A stretch of DNA of 64,000 nucleotides from a virus. Its lineage: Duplodnaviria > Caudoviricetes. The stretch lies in IMG/VR virus record IMGVR_UViG_3300032167_000039; one strand, 5' to 3'. Position numbers and translations under genes: made by a program. The notes below the pieces were generated by a model. It saw nothing but the letters and a program-made list of their open reading frames with translations, was not told the origin of the DNA and did not search any database. This document shows, piece by piece, positions 19,792 to 30,100 of the stretch; within the stretch, counting starts at the first letter, position 1, and every line of letters starts with the position of its first letter.

Positions 19792-22700
19792 TGGCGGATG
19801 CTTTAAAAAAGATAACATTAAGTATAAGTAATTATGATAGGTATACAAATAAAAGCGATTTTGAAAATATTAAAAAAGACGAAATTATTTGTTTGGGAAA
19901 ACCTATCTATACAAGAAATGTTTTTAAATCAAATAAAATAACTGAACAAAGTAATAGAGTTATTCTTTTTATTCGAGCAGATAAGGATCTTTCTCAAGAT
20001 TATGACATAAAAACATCAATTAGTTCGCGATATTTATCTGCATATAATGAAGATAATGGGACTGGAGAGTTGTATCGACTTGATGCCAATGGTGGCGCTT
20101 CTGATTATTTTTTACTTTCTTCTTCTTCAAGAGAATTAAGTACAAATGAAGCACTTTATTCAGCTGTAAGACAAATTGAATCAATATATTATAATATTAT
20201 TGTACAGAAAAAAACAAAAGGTGTTTATTGGTCTTATTTTGATGAAAAAAATAATTTTCAAGGTTTATATTGTCTAGAGCAATATGTTAAAGGTGCGCCG
20301 GTCACAACATTAGATGAATTAAAAAGACTTGCTGGAGCAGATTCCAACAATGGTAATGGCTTCTTCTTAAATGCTGGCGTTTACCAAGATGGAAAAAAAT
20401 TAACTGATAAGAATATATATTTTGTTATTCAATGGGATCCAAAAGCAAAATTTTCTACATATGGAACGGGACATATTACATCAATTGGTTTTGATGGAGA
20501 TGTTTTAAGTGATTTAAAATCAATAACAGCAGAATCTAATCCTAAAAAATATATTTTTGGTAAAATTGATCCATCTGTGACTTGTGGCTATAAATTTATA
20601 AAAGGAGGACAGTCTAGTCAAGTTTCACTTAATGATATAATTCAAGAACTAGAAAATGGAGAATACCCTCTTAATAATAATAGTCCTACCAATCAAGATT
20701 ATGGAGATAATAGCATTACAGTAGAGAAAGATCCAATTACTGGTGTTCCTACAAATACTACTATTCCTAGAGAGTATATTACTAACTTTTCCGCATATAA
20801 ATTAAAATTTCGCGGCGGTATGGATGAAAGACAAATTGTTAATGATTTTTTTGACAATGAAAAAGATAAGTATGATATTAACAAAGATACCTTAATTATT
20901 AAACCAAAAATACATAAAGAACAGTTTAGTATTTCCTCAAAAATGATTCTTACTGATACATATTATTCATATTTAAAGATGAATGATACAGTTGTATCAA
21001 TTGAAGAGTTTTTTAAAGAGTTGGACTCAATTCTTGATTTAAAACTCGGTAAGGGAGAAAGTGGATGGAACAGTGGTCACTCTCCTATATCAGAAGATAG
21101 CTGGGAAAGACTTCCTATGACTGCATGTGCAGTATTAAAAAAGGATTATGAAATAGTGATAAAAAATAATAAAGAAAATAAACAAGAAATTACAATAGAT
21201 GACTTTAAAGATTATAAAAAATATAGTTTATCAGAATTTATTCTTAATGAAAATAGAAAAGATTATTATCTTCTCTTTTTTGATGTTAAACAATTTGAAA
21301 CTGGTTATATAATGATACTTTCTAAGAATAGAAGTCTACAGGCTTTTCTTGAGGCAATTAATCCTTTTATTATTTATAAAAATAAAAAATCTTACAATTG
21401 TAATTTAAGTTTTTCTCAATTGAGAAATTCTCTTAATCTTTACTCTTTAGAACTAATGGAAGCATATACTCGTGGTCACGATTTTATTCAAGAAAATTAT
21501 ACTACCGTTAGAGCTAAAGAAATAGATAGCAACAATAAAAGAGTAATGTCTTATAACGATAACTATTTTACATATAAATATTCTGGTCGAGATTTTGATA
21601 TAATGAAAAATAATTTCACATTTTCAAATGGCATCGCCGCCACACCAGTAAGAGAATGTGATTTGTTGCTAGAAACTGATGTAACTCTTGGTGATGCATA
21701 TGGACATAATAAATACTTTATTGAATATATTAAATATGGAAATAATGAATATAAAGACACCTTTAAGATAAAAGATTATTTAGAAGCAATTGACGCAACC
21801 AAATACACCGAAGATGATTTAAAAATTATTACTTCATACATTGATTTAAATCATTGCGAGTATTATAATCCGCTTTCTGCAAAATTTGAAAATGGATGGA
21901 GCGATTGTTGTTACGGAACAAATGGAGAATACAAGAAAGAGTGTGTTTATCAAAAATTAGGATATTGTCCTTATCGTTTTTCAACGGAAAAACATCCTCG
22001 TCGTATTAGAACTTTGGCGGCGGAAAAATCAAATAGATTTAATATAATTCAAGAATTAAGCAAGGTCTTTGAAATTTATCCTCAATTCTATATTGAATTT
22101 GATAAAAATGGAAAAGTAATTTTAGACGATAATGGTAAAATGAAGAAACATGTTTTCTTCATTACTGAAAAAGGAAATATAAATCAACTTGGATTTAGAT
22201 ATGAGAAAAATTTAAAAGACATATCTAGGACAGTTGATTCATCTGCATTAACAACAAAACTTTTCGTAGCAGATGTTGATAGCGAGCTATCTAAGACCGG
22301 GCTTTGTTCGATTCAAACCGCAGAAGATAACTTATCAAAAACATCCTACATTTTAGATTTCTCATATTATACAAAAATGGGAATACTAAATGCAGAAAAA
22401 ATAACAAGAGATTTATTTGGAATTGAAGAAGGTGACTTTGCTTTCTTGCCTACTATTGGTTATTATAATACTCAATATGATAAATTAAGTAATTTAATAA
22501 TTAATTTAACGGGAGAGACGATGACACAATTAGAAGCTGAAAACATTACAAATATTGAAGGAGTTACAGCTTCACTTGTTGAAAAACAAAAAATAAGTCA
22601 GCAGATGTATCAATTTAAAGTTTCTTCTTATAAAGATGGAGAACATGAATATACAATTTCTGATACCTACAAAAATTACTTGACAAAAATGAAGGAACAA

Positions 22701-25700
22701 TCTACAATCCTCTGGGGATTAATTGAAACTTTATTCTTTACTGGAGATTATTTCACAGATGCTAGAAATCCAGAATCGCCCGTACAAATAAGGATCTCAG
22801 ATGCAAGTGATTATTTTGGCGCGCCGGCGCAAGATAATTTTTGCAAAGGGGAATATTTCTGGAGACTTTTCATTGATGGATTTGAAGATTCAGATTATGT
22901 TCCTTATTTTTCAAGTTGGGAGAAGTTCAAAGAAGAAATATTGGATAAGTATTTATACCCAATAAATGGTAAGGTTGGCCAGTATGCAGACATGAAAAAG
23001 CAAGTGAATGTCTGGAAGAAAGAACGTGCTAAATGGTTAAATAAAATTAATGATATCTCAGAAATTTTTTATAAAAAATATGAGCCATTCTTAAAAGAGG
23101 GCACATGGACAGACGACAATTATCTTACGGATAATGAGTATTATTGGGCGGCGGTAAGTGTATTGAACGATTCTTCTCAGCCTAAAATTACTTATAATAT
23201 TAGCGTTATAGATCTAAGTACACTAGATAAAGACTATAATTTTGACGTTGCAGATACCTCTTATGTTGAAGATATAGATTTCTTTGGTATTAGTCAAAAG
23301 ACAGGCTTACCTAATAAGCAAAAGGTTCTTATTTCAAGTGTAACCGATGATTTGGATAATCCAATGAATAACTCAATTGAAGTAAAGAATTATACTTCTT
23401 CTTTTGATGAATTATTTGAATCAATTAGTGCTTCTGTACAATCTTTAACATTTAATGAGAACACATATAAAAGAGCCTCTAATTTTACCGCAACAAAATA
23501 TATTTCAAAAGAAGCTTTGCAAGGTACTTTATTTGATGGAGACATAACTCTCGTTGACCATTATAGTGAAAATATTGTCATGGATGATGAGGGCGTACAG
23601 GGTAAAAATATCAATAATACTGCGTTGGGCTATAAACTAAATGGAGAAGGATTACTATTTACAAAAGATAATGGACAAACTTGGGATATTGGCGTAGGAC
23701 CTAATGGTATTAACGCCGATTACATTAAATTTGGACAATTAGATGCCTCAAAAATTCAAATTGTTGATGGAAATTATATTTATTTCTTATGGGATAAAGA
23801 TGGTTTAAATGCTTATCGTAACCCTGCAACAAGCACAAATGGTTTAGTTGATTTTGCCCGATTTAATAAATATGGTTTAAGCTTAATTGAAAATAATAAT
23901 GTTCGTTTGCGCGCGGGATATGAATTTAAAAACGATAACAATAGAAATTACTCTGGCGATTATAAGACTGAATTGGATTTAATTGATCAGAATATTGGTT
24001 TTTATTTGTATAATGATAAAGGCCAAGCTATTTTCAAAACTGAAACAGCATCAGATTATTCCGGAGAAGAGGGCGACTATTCTGCAAGACTGTCTCTAAC
24101 GGGAGAAATGTTTATTACAAACAAAGTATTAGACGGAGAGAATACAGGTCAAAGTTTAAATACAGTTTATGTCTATAATTATAATAATGCTCTGGCCATT
24201 GAAAAAATGAATGCATTTTACTTTACAGACAATGAAAGATATACAAGTTACTATAATGAATTTATTAAAACACAAGATATTAATGGCTTAGGAACAATTG
24301 TTGTAGGGAAGACATTGATACAAGAGGAAGAAGACTTCTATTTTGAAATTGTTGAAGCGGAGAATTTAGAAATTTGGACTGATGTAAAATTAACTAATAA
24401 AAACTACAATATTGAATATCAAAAAACAAATCAAAACTCAGTTAAGAAATTAGACCCATCCCAATGGGCGGCTTACGCAATGTCTTTTACTTCTTATGAA
24501 ATAACAAAAGAAGAATTAAACACTTTAGATATTCAAAATGGTCGAATTTATTTGTCAAATATTCTTGCAATATTGGAAAATAGAAATGGAATACTTCGTA
24601 CAGGGGAGACCTTATATTTATTCCAGAGCGTTAAAACAGACACCTTTGACTCTGATGTTATTGTTTATGAAGGTAGTGTACAACAGTTAATGTTTTGTAC
24701 CGCAAAAAATACAAATGCCTCTTTGAAAACATACTCACAAGATCAGAATAAAATTCCTGTTGAATACTATGATATTGTAGGATTATCAATTGGAAATGAA
24801 GTAGAAATGATAGAACAATTATTTTATTTTCAAGAAGGACAAATAGATGGTATTAAATACAACTATTGGAGAAATCAAGAATACACGGGAGAATCTTTTG
24901 AAACGGATTATTCTGATATAGAAACGCAAGAAGTTGGAATATTCATTAATAATAAAGCAGGACTGCAGGACGAATATACGATCTCTCCTTCTAATGAGAT
25001 TCAGAGCCCCGCAACATATATGCGAAACAGAAGTGGCGGAATTAATATCTATGCTGATGATTTCATTATAATTGGAGATTCCATTACTAATGGTTTAAAT
25101 AATATAACAATATCTGGTGAAACATTTAAAAATGCATATGGAGTTATTGGCGCAGGATTTTCTGAGGAAACAATTAAGATTGAAAATATTCCATTAGCAG
25201 GAAAGAAAAATTTAGCCTTCTTTTTGGGAATGAATGATCCATATGAAGAGGATGACACTGATGAAACTTATGTTGACGAGTATTTAAATTTAATTTCTAA
25301 TGTTGCTGCCTTAGCAGAGGAAATTAATAGTATTTCTGTTGTTTCAATTATTGCAGCAGATGAAAAAATAATTGATGAATATAAAGAAATTACAAATGTG
25401 AACATAGAAAAAAGGAACAATGCAATAAAAAGTTTAGCCGAAAAAACAATTCAAGGAGTGCCTATTCAATATATTGATATTTATACAATTTCAAAAAATT
25501 ATGAGCATTCAGATAGAGTACATCTATCTTCAAATGGAAATATTTCATTATTAAAATCTCTTGATAAAGTATTTAATAATGAAGATTTAGATCAAAGTGT
25601 TATTTATAATCCAGATGTTAAAGAGGCCGCGGCAGAAGCACAAGCTGGAGCTGAACGTGTGTTTACAATTGCTTTAAAAGGTAAAGATAGTGGCGGTCAA

Positions 25701-26012
25701 ATAGTATATAATAATATTATTACTGTACTTAAAAATGGCTATCTTTATATGGGCGGCGAATTATTAAATTACTATGGTAAAAAACTTAATATGAAAGATT
25801 TTAAGTTATTGCCCGATAAAATTAGGGTTTCAAATCCTCAATTTATTTTATCAAATTCTGGTTATATGTGGATGGATTGGGGCAAGATGTACCAGATTTC
25901 TGACGGTAATCTTGCTATGGATAAGTCTCTATTGGATATGATCACTACATTAGGATCAATGGGAAGCTCATCTTACACCAGTGGATACTATTTAATAGAT
26001 CCGCTTAGTTAA
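19791..26012 (+). CDS. Tail hub/spike protein, C-terminal part, with SGNH hydrolase domain
   Basis: KSNRFNIIQELSKVFE..FRYEKNLKDISRTVDS..TTKLFV (Tal-like), GINADYIKFGQLDA spike motif, and SGNH blocks GDSIT, GMND and DRVH. Confidence 0.7.
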   Translation: MADALKKITLSISNYDRYTNKSDFENIKKDEIICLGKPIYTRNVFKSNKITEQSNRVILFIRADKDLSQDYDIKTSISSRYLSAYNEDNGTGELYRLDANGGASDYFLLSSSSRELSTNEALYSAVRQIESIYYNIIVQKKTKGVYWSYFDEKNNFQGLYCLEQYVKGAPVTTLDELKRLAGADSNNGNGFFLNAGVYQDGKKLTDKNIYFVIQWDPKAKFSTYGTGHITSIGFDGDVLSDLKSITAESNPKKYIFGKIDPSVTCGYKFIKGGQSSQVSLNDIIQELENGEYPLNNNSPTNQDYGDNSITVEKDPITGVPTNTTIPREYITNFSAYKLKFRGGMDERQIVNDFFDNEKDKYDINKDTLIIKPKIHKEQFSISSKMILTDTYYSYLKMNDTVVSIEEFFKELDSILDLKLGKGESGWNSGHSPISEDSWERLPMTACAVLKKDYEIVIKNNKENKQEITIDDFKDYKKYSLSEFILNENRKDYYLLFFDVKQFETGYIMILSKNRSLQAFLEAINPFIIYKNKKSYNCNLSFSQLRNSLNLYSLELMEAYTRGHDFIQENYTTVRAKEIDSNNKRVMSYNDNYFTYKYSGRDFDIMKNNFTFSNGIAATPVRECDLLLETDVTLGDAYGHNKYFIEYIKYGNNEYKDTFKIKDYLEAIDATKYTEDDLKIITSYIDLNHCEYYNPLSAKFENGWSDCCYGTNGEYKKECVYQKLGYCPYRFSTEKHPRRIRTLAAEKSNRFNIIQELSKVFEIYPQFYIEFDKNGKVILDDNGKMKKHVFFITEKGNINQLGFRYEKNLKDISRTVDSSALTTKLFVADVDSELSKTGLCSIQTAEDNLSKTSYILDFSYYTKMGILNAEKITRDLFGIEEGDFAFLPTIGYYNTQYDKLSNLIINLTGETMTQLEAENITNIEGVTASLVEKQKISQQMYQFKVSSYKDGEHEYTISDTYKNYLTKMKEQSTILWGLIETLFFTGDYFTDARNPESPVQIRISDASDYFGAPAQDNFCKGEYFWRLFIDGFEDSDYVPYFSSWEKFKEEILDKYLYPINGKVGQYADMKKQVNVWKKERAKWLNKINDISEIFYKKYEPFLKEGTWTDDNYLTDNEYYWAAVSVLNDSSQPKITYNISVIDLSTLDKDYNFDVADTSYVEDIDFFGISQKTGLPNKQKVLISSVTDDLDNPMNNSIEVKNYTSSFDELFESISASVQSLTFNENTYKRASNFTATKYISKEALQGTLFDGDITLVDHYSENIVMDDEGVQGKNINNTALGYKLNGEGLLFTKDNGQTWDIGVGPNGINADYIKFGQLDASKIQIVDGNYIYFLWDKDGLNAYRNPATSTNGLVDFARFNKYGLSLIENNNVRLRAGYEFKNDNNRNYSGDYKTELDLIDQNIGFYLYNDKGQAIFKTETASDYSGEEGDYSARLSLTGEMFITNKVLDGENTGQSLNTVYVYNYNNALAIEKMNAFYFTDNERYTSYYNEFIKTQDINGLGTIVVGKTLIQEEEDFYFEIVEAENLEIWTDVKLTNKNYNIEYQKTNQNSVKKLDPSQWAAYAMSFTSYEITKEELNTLDIQNGRIYLSNILAILENRNGILRTGETLYLFQSVKTDTFDSDVIVYEGSVQQLMFCTAKNTNASLKTYSQDQNKIPVEYYDIVGLSIGNEVEMIEQLFYFQEGQIDGIKYNYWRNQEYTGESFETDYSDIETQEVGIFINNKAGLQDEYTISPSNEIQSPATYMRNRSGGINIYADDFIIIGDSITNGLNNITISGETFKNAYGVIGAGFSEETIKIENIPLAGKKNLAFFLGMNDPYEEDDTDETYVDEYLNLISNVAALAEEINSISVVSIIAADEKIIDEYKEITNVNIEKRNNAIKSLAEKTIQGVPIQYIDIYTISKNYEHSDRVHLSSNGNISLLKSLDKVFNNEDLDQSVIYNPDVKEAAAEAQAGAERVFTIALKGKDSGGQIVYNNIITVLKNGYLYMGGELLNYYGKKLNMKDFKLLPDKIRVSNPQFILSNSGYMWMDWGKMYQISDGNLAMDKSLLDMITTLGSMGSSSYTSGYYLIDPLS

Positions 26013-26026
26013 AGGAGTTGAAGGTA

Positions 26027-27493
26027 ATGGCAAATTATTATTATCATCCACTTGGAGATTATGCAATAAATTATCTTAACGGGGACGCGCCGGCAAACGC
26101 GCGTCCTCACTCTTATTCATCACACGGATATAGTAAATTAGACTGGGGTTGTGGGGCAGACCAACCAGTTTACTCAATGACCGATGGAACGATTACTACT
26201 ATAGCTTGTCGAAATAGTGAAAAGCAAGCCGGACTTGTTGTTATAGTAAAAACAGACCGTCATGATGAACATGGCCCAATATTTATCAATTATCTTGAAA
26301 TGGGTGGTGTATCTGAGAGAATTGCCAATATAATAAAAAATGATATTGGAATTGATATTACTCCAGGACCAGGGAGTTTTGGCCCAATTAATGCTTCTGG
26401 AATACCAGATTTTACTCATTCAGATGGAGAAACTTTTATACAACGAGGAGAATTAATCGGATACACAAATAGACATTATTCAAGTTATTCTGCATTACAT
26501 TTAGACTTCACTTATGGCGACGGCTATAGCCATACTCTTGGAAGTACAGACAGAAATACTTGTTTTAATAGTCCATCTGGTACTCCTCACATAACAGATT
26601 TTTCAAAAATTAATGAAGCTTTTTCTATAAATAATGGAGAAGTAAGTGTAAATGATAACCTATTGTGGAAAAATGGAATTTATGTTCCAGATAAAGATGG
26701 AGCAAACTTACATTATAAAACAACAGATAGTTTAAGTTATTTAATTTGTTTGCAAAGACCTGTTTTTACTTCTTCATCTTCTGCTTCGGGACAAGTGGCT
26801 TTATCTTCTTCTGGAGTAGCTTTTGTAGAGAATATGAATCCAGATGCAGTTAATGCTTACTTTAATAAATTGATGTTAGATAGTTGGATAGGCCCATATC
26901 CAAATTCTATTAGTGATGTAAATGCAAATGATGGGCTTCGAAGAGCAGTAGTTCTTTGTACTCGAGAATTAAATTTTACTAGTAAAGGCAATCTTCCGGC
27001 AGTTGCTTACGCAAAATTGCTTAGAGCAAAAATGATTGGAGAATCTCGTAGCGGAAATAATATGGGAGAATGGTTTGCTGCACTGCCCGCAAATCAGTTT
27101 GCAGAAAAAAATGTATGGATGAATAAACAACTTTCTTCGAGTTTTGATTTATCTTATGCACAGGCGGTGTACAATAATTTAAAACGTCCAGAATTATATG
27201 GAAGCTGGTATGGCAGCACAGACGATCCTTTTTATCGAGCTATTGTGCATGCTTGTCAGCAAATACCAATATATAATGTTACAGATGGAGAATATAGACG
27301 ATATTTATTATATACTCCTTGGGCTTTTGGAATATGTTATCGTCCAGATAGCGGGATCGATTATTCTGTTTACGCTACTGGAAAACCAATCTATAACTTA
27401 AGAGGAAACTATATTGCTGGATATAATGATTATATTCTTTTTCGACAGGTTAATGGAGATATGAAATATTATAATTCTAAAGTTTGTGGGTGA
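26027..27493 (+). CDS. Virion-associated protein with degenerate M23 peptidase-like domain
   Basis: LDWG..QPVYSMTDGTI..IQRGELIGYT..ALHLDF follows the M23 layout, but the Zn-ligand motifs are imperfect. Confidence 0.5.
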   Translation: MANYYYHPLGDYAINYLNGDAPANARPHSYSSHGYSKLDWGCGADQPVYSMTDGTITTIACRNSEKQAGLVVIVKTDRHDEHGPIFINYLEMGGVSERIANIIKNDIGIDITPGPGSFGPINASGIPDFTHSDGETFIQRGELIGYTNRHYSSYSALHLDFTYGDGYSHTLGSTDRNTCFNSPSGTPHITDFSKINEAFSINNGEVSVNDNLLWKNGIYVPDKDGANLHYKTTDSLSYLICLQRPVFTSSSSASGQVALSSSGVAFVENMNPDAVNAYFNKLMLDSWIGPYPNSISDVNANDGLRRAVVLCTRELNFTSKGNLPAVAYAKLLRAKMIGESRSGNNMGEWFAALPANQFAEKNVWMNKQLSSSFDLSYAQAVYNNLKRPELYGSWYGSTDDPFYRAIVHACQQIPIYNVTDGEYRRYLLYTPWAFGICYRPDSGIDYSVYATGKPIYNLRGNYIAGYNDYILFRQVNGDMKYYNSKVCG

Positions 27494-27500
27494 TGTTATT

Positions 27501-27878
27501 GTGTTAATAAATAGAAATAAATTAAATCAAATCGACGCTTTAATTGATCAATTATCAAAAAAAAGATTTGATATTCATATTCAATATAAATTTATAAAAA
27601 TAAGAAAAGCAATAAAGGAAGAAGAAGAAATTTATCAAGAGCAGATTAAATTAAATTGCGAACCTTACTTTGAAAAAGACCAATTTGGTAATCCAATCAT
27701 GAATGAACAAGGAGGCTTTAAGATTTCTTCAGAGAAGATTAATGAATGTTATTTACTAATGCATCAAATGAACTCCTTAGATATTCAGATTCCAGATATA
27801 TATTTTTCATTAGATGAATTGGAAAAGTTAGATCTTACTCTTGGTGAACTTTCTTTATTAGAGCCTTTTATTAAATGA
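27501..27878 (+). CDS. Hypothetical phage protein, last gene of the tail operon
   Basis: GTG start after GGGTGA (track start 27486). Small helical protein. Confidence 0.6.
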   Translation: MLINRNKLNQIDALIDQLSKKRFDIHIQYKFIKIRKAIKEEEEIYQEQIKLNCEPYFEKDQFGNPIMNEQGGFKISSEKINECYLLMHQMNSLDIQIPDIYFSLDELEKLDLTLGELSLLEPFIK

Positions 27879-27902
27879 TTTATAAAAATTATACAAAATT
27901 TT

Positions 27903-27964
27903 ATGACAAGACAAAATTATACTTTTGTGTAAAAAGTAGAAATTTTTCGTCTTGTCATTTTTTT
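27903..27964 (+). terminator. Long inverted repeat with T tract ending the tail operon
   Basis: ATGACAAGAC (27903-27912) pairs with GTCTTGTCAT (27949-27958), followed by a T run. Confidence 0.6.
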
Positions 27965-28049
27965 ATTCAAAAAGTTTTCTTAAAAATCTACCATATTAGT
28001 GAAAGATAAAAAATAAAAAAAATAAAAGACAACAGAGAGGTGATGATAA

Positions 28050-28481
28050 ATGTCTTTTAATTATTCAAATCAAAATCAACAAGCTTTTTATAACCCTACA
28101 ACTGCCACGGCGCCACCAACGCAGTTTCAACAACAAAATGTCCAACCTCTATTCCCTCAGCCACAAGGAAATGTTTACAACATCAATTCAACACTTGAGG
28201 TTGCAAACGTTCCTGTGGGTGCAGGCGTTTCGGTTGCTCTTTGTTTACAAGAAGGTCTTATGTATATTAAAACAATGCAAAATGGAAATCCAATGTTTTG
28301 GGCGTATAAAATAATGCCTTTTGACACAACAAAGAATCAGCCTGAATCAGAAGAAAAGAAAGAAGATAATCCTTTTGCGGCACAGTTTGAAAAATATGAT
28401 AACAGATTTAATAAAATAGAGCAGCAAGTAGGAGAGCTTCAAAATCTAATAAAGAAGAATAAAGGAGAGTGGTCAGTATGA
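28050..28481 (+). CDS. Cassette gene 1: Gln/Pro-rich N-terminus, small beta domain, C-terminal coiled coil
   Basis: SD GAGGTG; ORF track. Confidence 0.8.
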   Translation: MSFNYSNQNQQAFYNPTTATAPPTQFQQQNVQPLFPQPQGNVYNINSTLEVANVPVGAGVSVALCLQEGLMYIKTMQNGNPMFWAYKIMPFDTTKNQPESEEKKEDNPFAAQFEKYDNRFNKIEQQVGELQNLIKKNKGEWSV

Positions 28482-28714
28482 TGAATATGAATCCAATGCA
28501 GTTTATATCTCTTTTGCGTGGCCGCAACCCGCAAGAAATGGTAATGTCTATGGTACAAAATAACGGAATTAATGATCCGATGATTAATGAGCTTATTGGA
28601 TATGCTCAAAAAGGAGATATTAATAGTGTAACTAAAATCGCAGAAAACTTTTTTGGACAGAGAGGACAAAATTTTGGTCAGGAATTTAATGCTTTCATGT
28701 CCATGTTAAAGTAA
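28478..28714 (+). CDS. Cassette gene 2: small Met/Asn/Gln-rich helical protein
   Basis: ATGA coupling with gene 1; NPMQF..NPQEMVM repeats. Confidence 0.75.
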   Translation: MMNMNPMQFISLLRGRNPQEMVMSMVQNNGINDPMINELIGYAQKGDINSVTKIAENFFGQRGQNFGQEFNAFMSMLK

Positions 28715-28760
28715 TTGCGATTTAAAATAAAAATTTTATAATTTAAAGGAGGTCTTGTTT

Positions 28761-29678
28761 ATGGAGGAAAAAGGTCTTACAGTAGCAGATGCGTTGGCAC
28801 TTAGAGAAGGTGGTAACGGAGGTAATTATGGCGACGGTATGTTTGGAGGCAACGGCGCATGGTGGGTAATTATCTTAATTCTTTTCTTCGCTATGGGCGG
28901 TAGAGGTTTTGGTAACGGCTACGGCGGAAATGGCGGCAACGATTGTGGAGGTGTGAATACAGTGGTAGTACCAGCAGGTCTTGGTGGCTTTGGTGGAGGC
29001 TACGGCGGTTATAGTCCATGTTGCACACCAGCCACACAACAGTCAATGACAGATGCATTCAATTTTAATCAATTAGATAATGGACAGAGAGGTTTAGAGA
29101 GAGGTTTGTGTGATGGTTTCTATAGTGTAAATCTTGGTATTACAAATCTTGGTACGCAGATGCAGCAAGGTTTCTGTGCAACTGATAGAGCTAATCTTCA
29201 GAGCTTTAACGGTATCCAGTCAACTCTTTGTCAGGGATTTAGCGGCATAGACGCAGCTATCGCCCAGACAAATTACAATCTTAAGGATTGTTGCTGCGAT
29301 ACAAGACAGGCAATCACAGAAAATAGATTTACAACTCAGACAGGATTTAATGCTCTTCAGAATCAGCTTGCTTCTTGCTGTTGCGATCTTGGTAGAGGTC
29401 AGGAGAACATTAAGTATGCTCTTGCTCAGCAGACTTGCGACATTATTTCTAATGCTGATAAGAATACCGATAGAATTATCAATCATCTTGTTCAGTCTGA
29501 AATGGAAAAACTTAGAACAGAACTTCAGTCTGCTCAGTTCCAGCTTTCACAAAACTCTCAGACACGCGCTTTAATCGAGCAATTACAGCCTTGTCCTAAG
29601 CCAGCTTATTTAACTTGCTCACCTTATACAACTTATCCTCAGCCTTTTAGCGGATTCGGTAACGGCTGCGGCTGTTAA
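28761..29678 (+). CDS. Cassette gene 3: Gly-rich membrane-anchored coiled-coil protein with CCC motifs
   Basis: SD AAGGAGGT. Hydrophobic segment AWWVIILILFFAM flanked by Gly-rich tracts, DCCCD and SCCCD motifs, heptad-like region, C-terminal PCPKPAY..GCGC. Confidence 0.85.
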   Translation: MEEKGLTVADALALREGGNGGNYGDGMFGGNGAWWVIILILFFAMGGRGFGNGYGGNGGNDCGGVNTVVVPAGLGGFGGGYGGYSPCCTPATQQSMTDAFNFNQLDNGQRGLERGLCDGFYSVNLGITNLGTQMQQGFCATDRANLQSFNGIQSTLCQGFSGIDAAIAQTNYNLKDCCCDTRQAITENRFTTQTGFNALQNQLASCCCDLGRGQENIKYALAQQTCDIISNADKNTDRIINHLVQSEMEKLRTELQSAQFQLSQNSQTRALIEQLQPCPKPAYLTCSPYTTYPQPFSGFGNGCGC

Positions 29679-29692
29679 GGAGGGGATGCTAT

Positions 29693-30097
29693 ATGGGATG
29701 CCCCAATAATTCAAAATACCTTTGTGAGAGAGTAATTCTCTCACAAGCGGTAACTTTTGCAGGAGATACTCTTACTATCAATATTCCTGCCGGCTCATAT
29801 GGCAATAAAGAAAAGTATTGTTTAATTGTAGCACAAGAGATTCCAGATGAAACAACCATCGCGGCAACTGTAGTGATTACAATTGGTACCGATACAACAG
29901 AGTATCCTTTATTGACTTGCTGTGGTTCAGAAGTTACTGCGGGACAGATTGAATATCGAAGAAAATATCCAGTAGTTGTTTGTACAAGTATTGCTTCAGG
30001 CGCTTTCAGAATTACTGAAAAAATCTGTTGTGGTAGAACTCTTGTCGCACCAGCTCTTCCTATTGAGGCTGCAGCTGCTGGTGGTGCGGAGGGATAA
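29693..30097 (+). CDS. Cassette gene 4: Cys-containing beta-rich protein
   Basis: SD AAGGAGGGG; alternating beta-strand pattern and CC pairs. Confidence 0.8.
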   Translation: MGCPNNSKYLCERVILSQAVTFAGDTLTINIPAGSYGNKEKYCLIVAQEIPDETTIAATVVITIGTDTTEYPLLTCCGSEVTAGQIEYRRKYPVVVCTSIASGAFRITEKICCGRTLVAPALPIEAAAAGGAEG

Positions 30098-30100
30098 TGT

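Noticed and set aside
19791-27493. Diversity-generating retroelement targeting tail genes
   Set aside because: No reverse transcriptase in the window and no TR/VR repeat pair noticed by eye.
27992-27998. CATATTA as a sporulation sigma -10 element for the six-gene cassette
   Set aside because: No matching -35 element at the expected spacing; too short to support.
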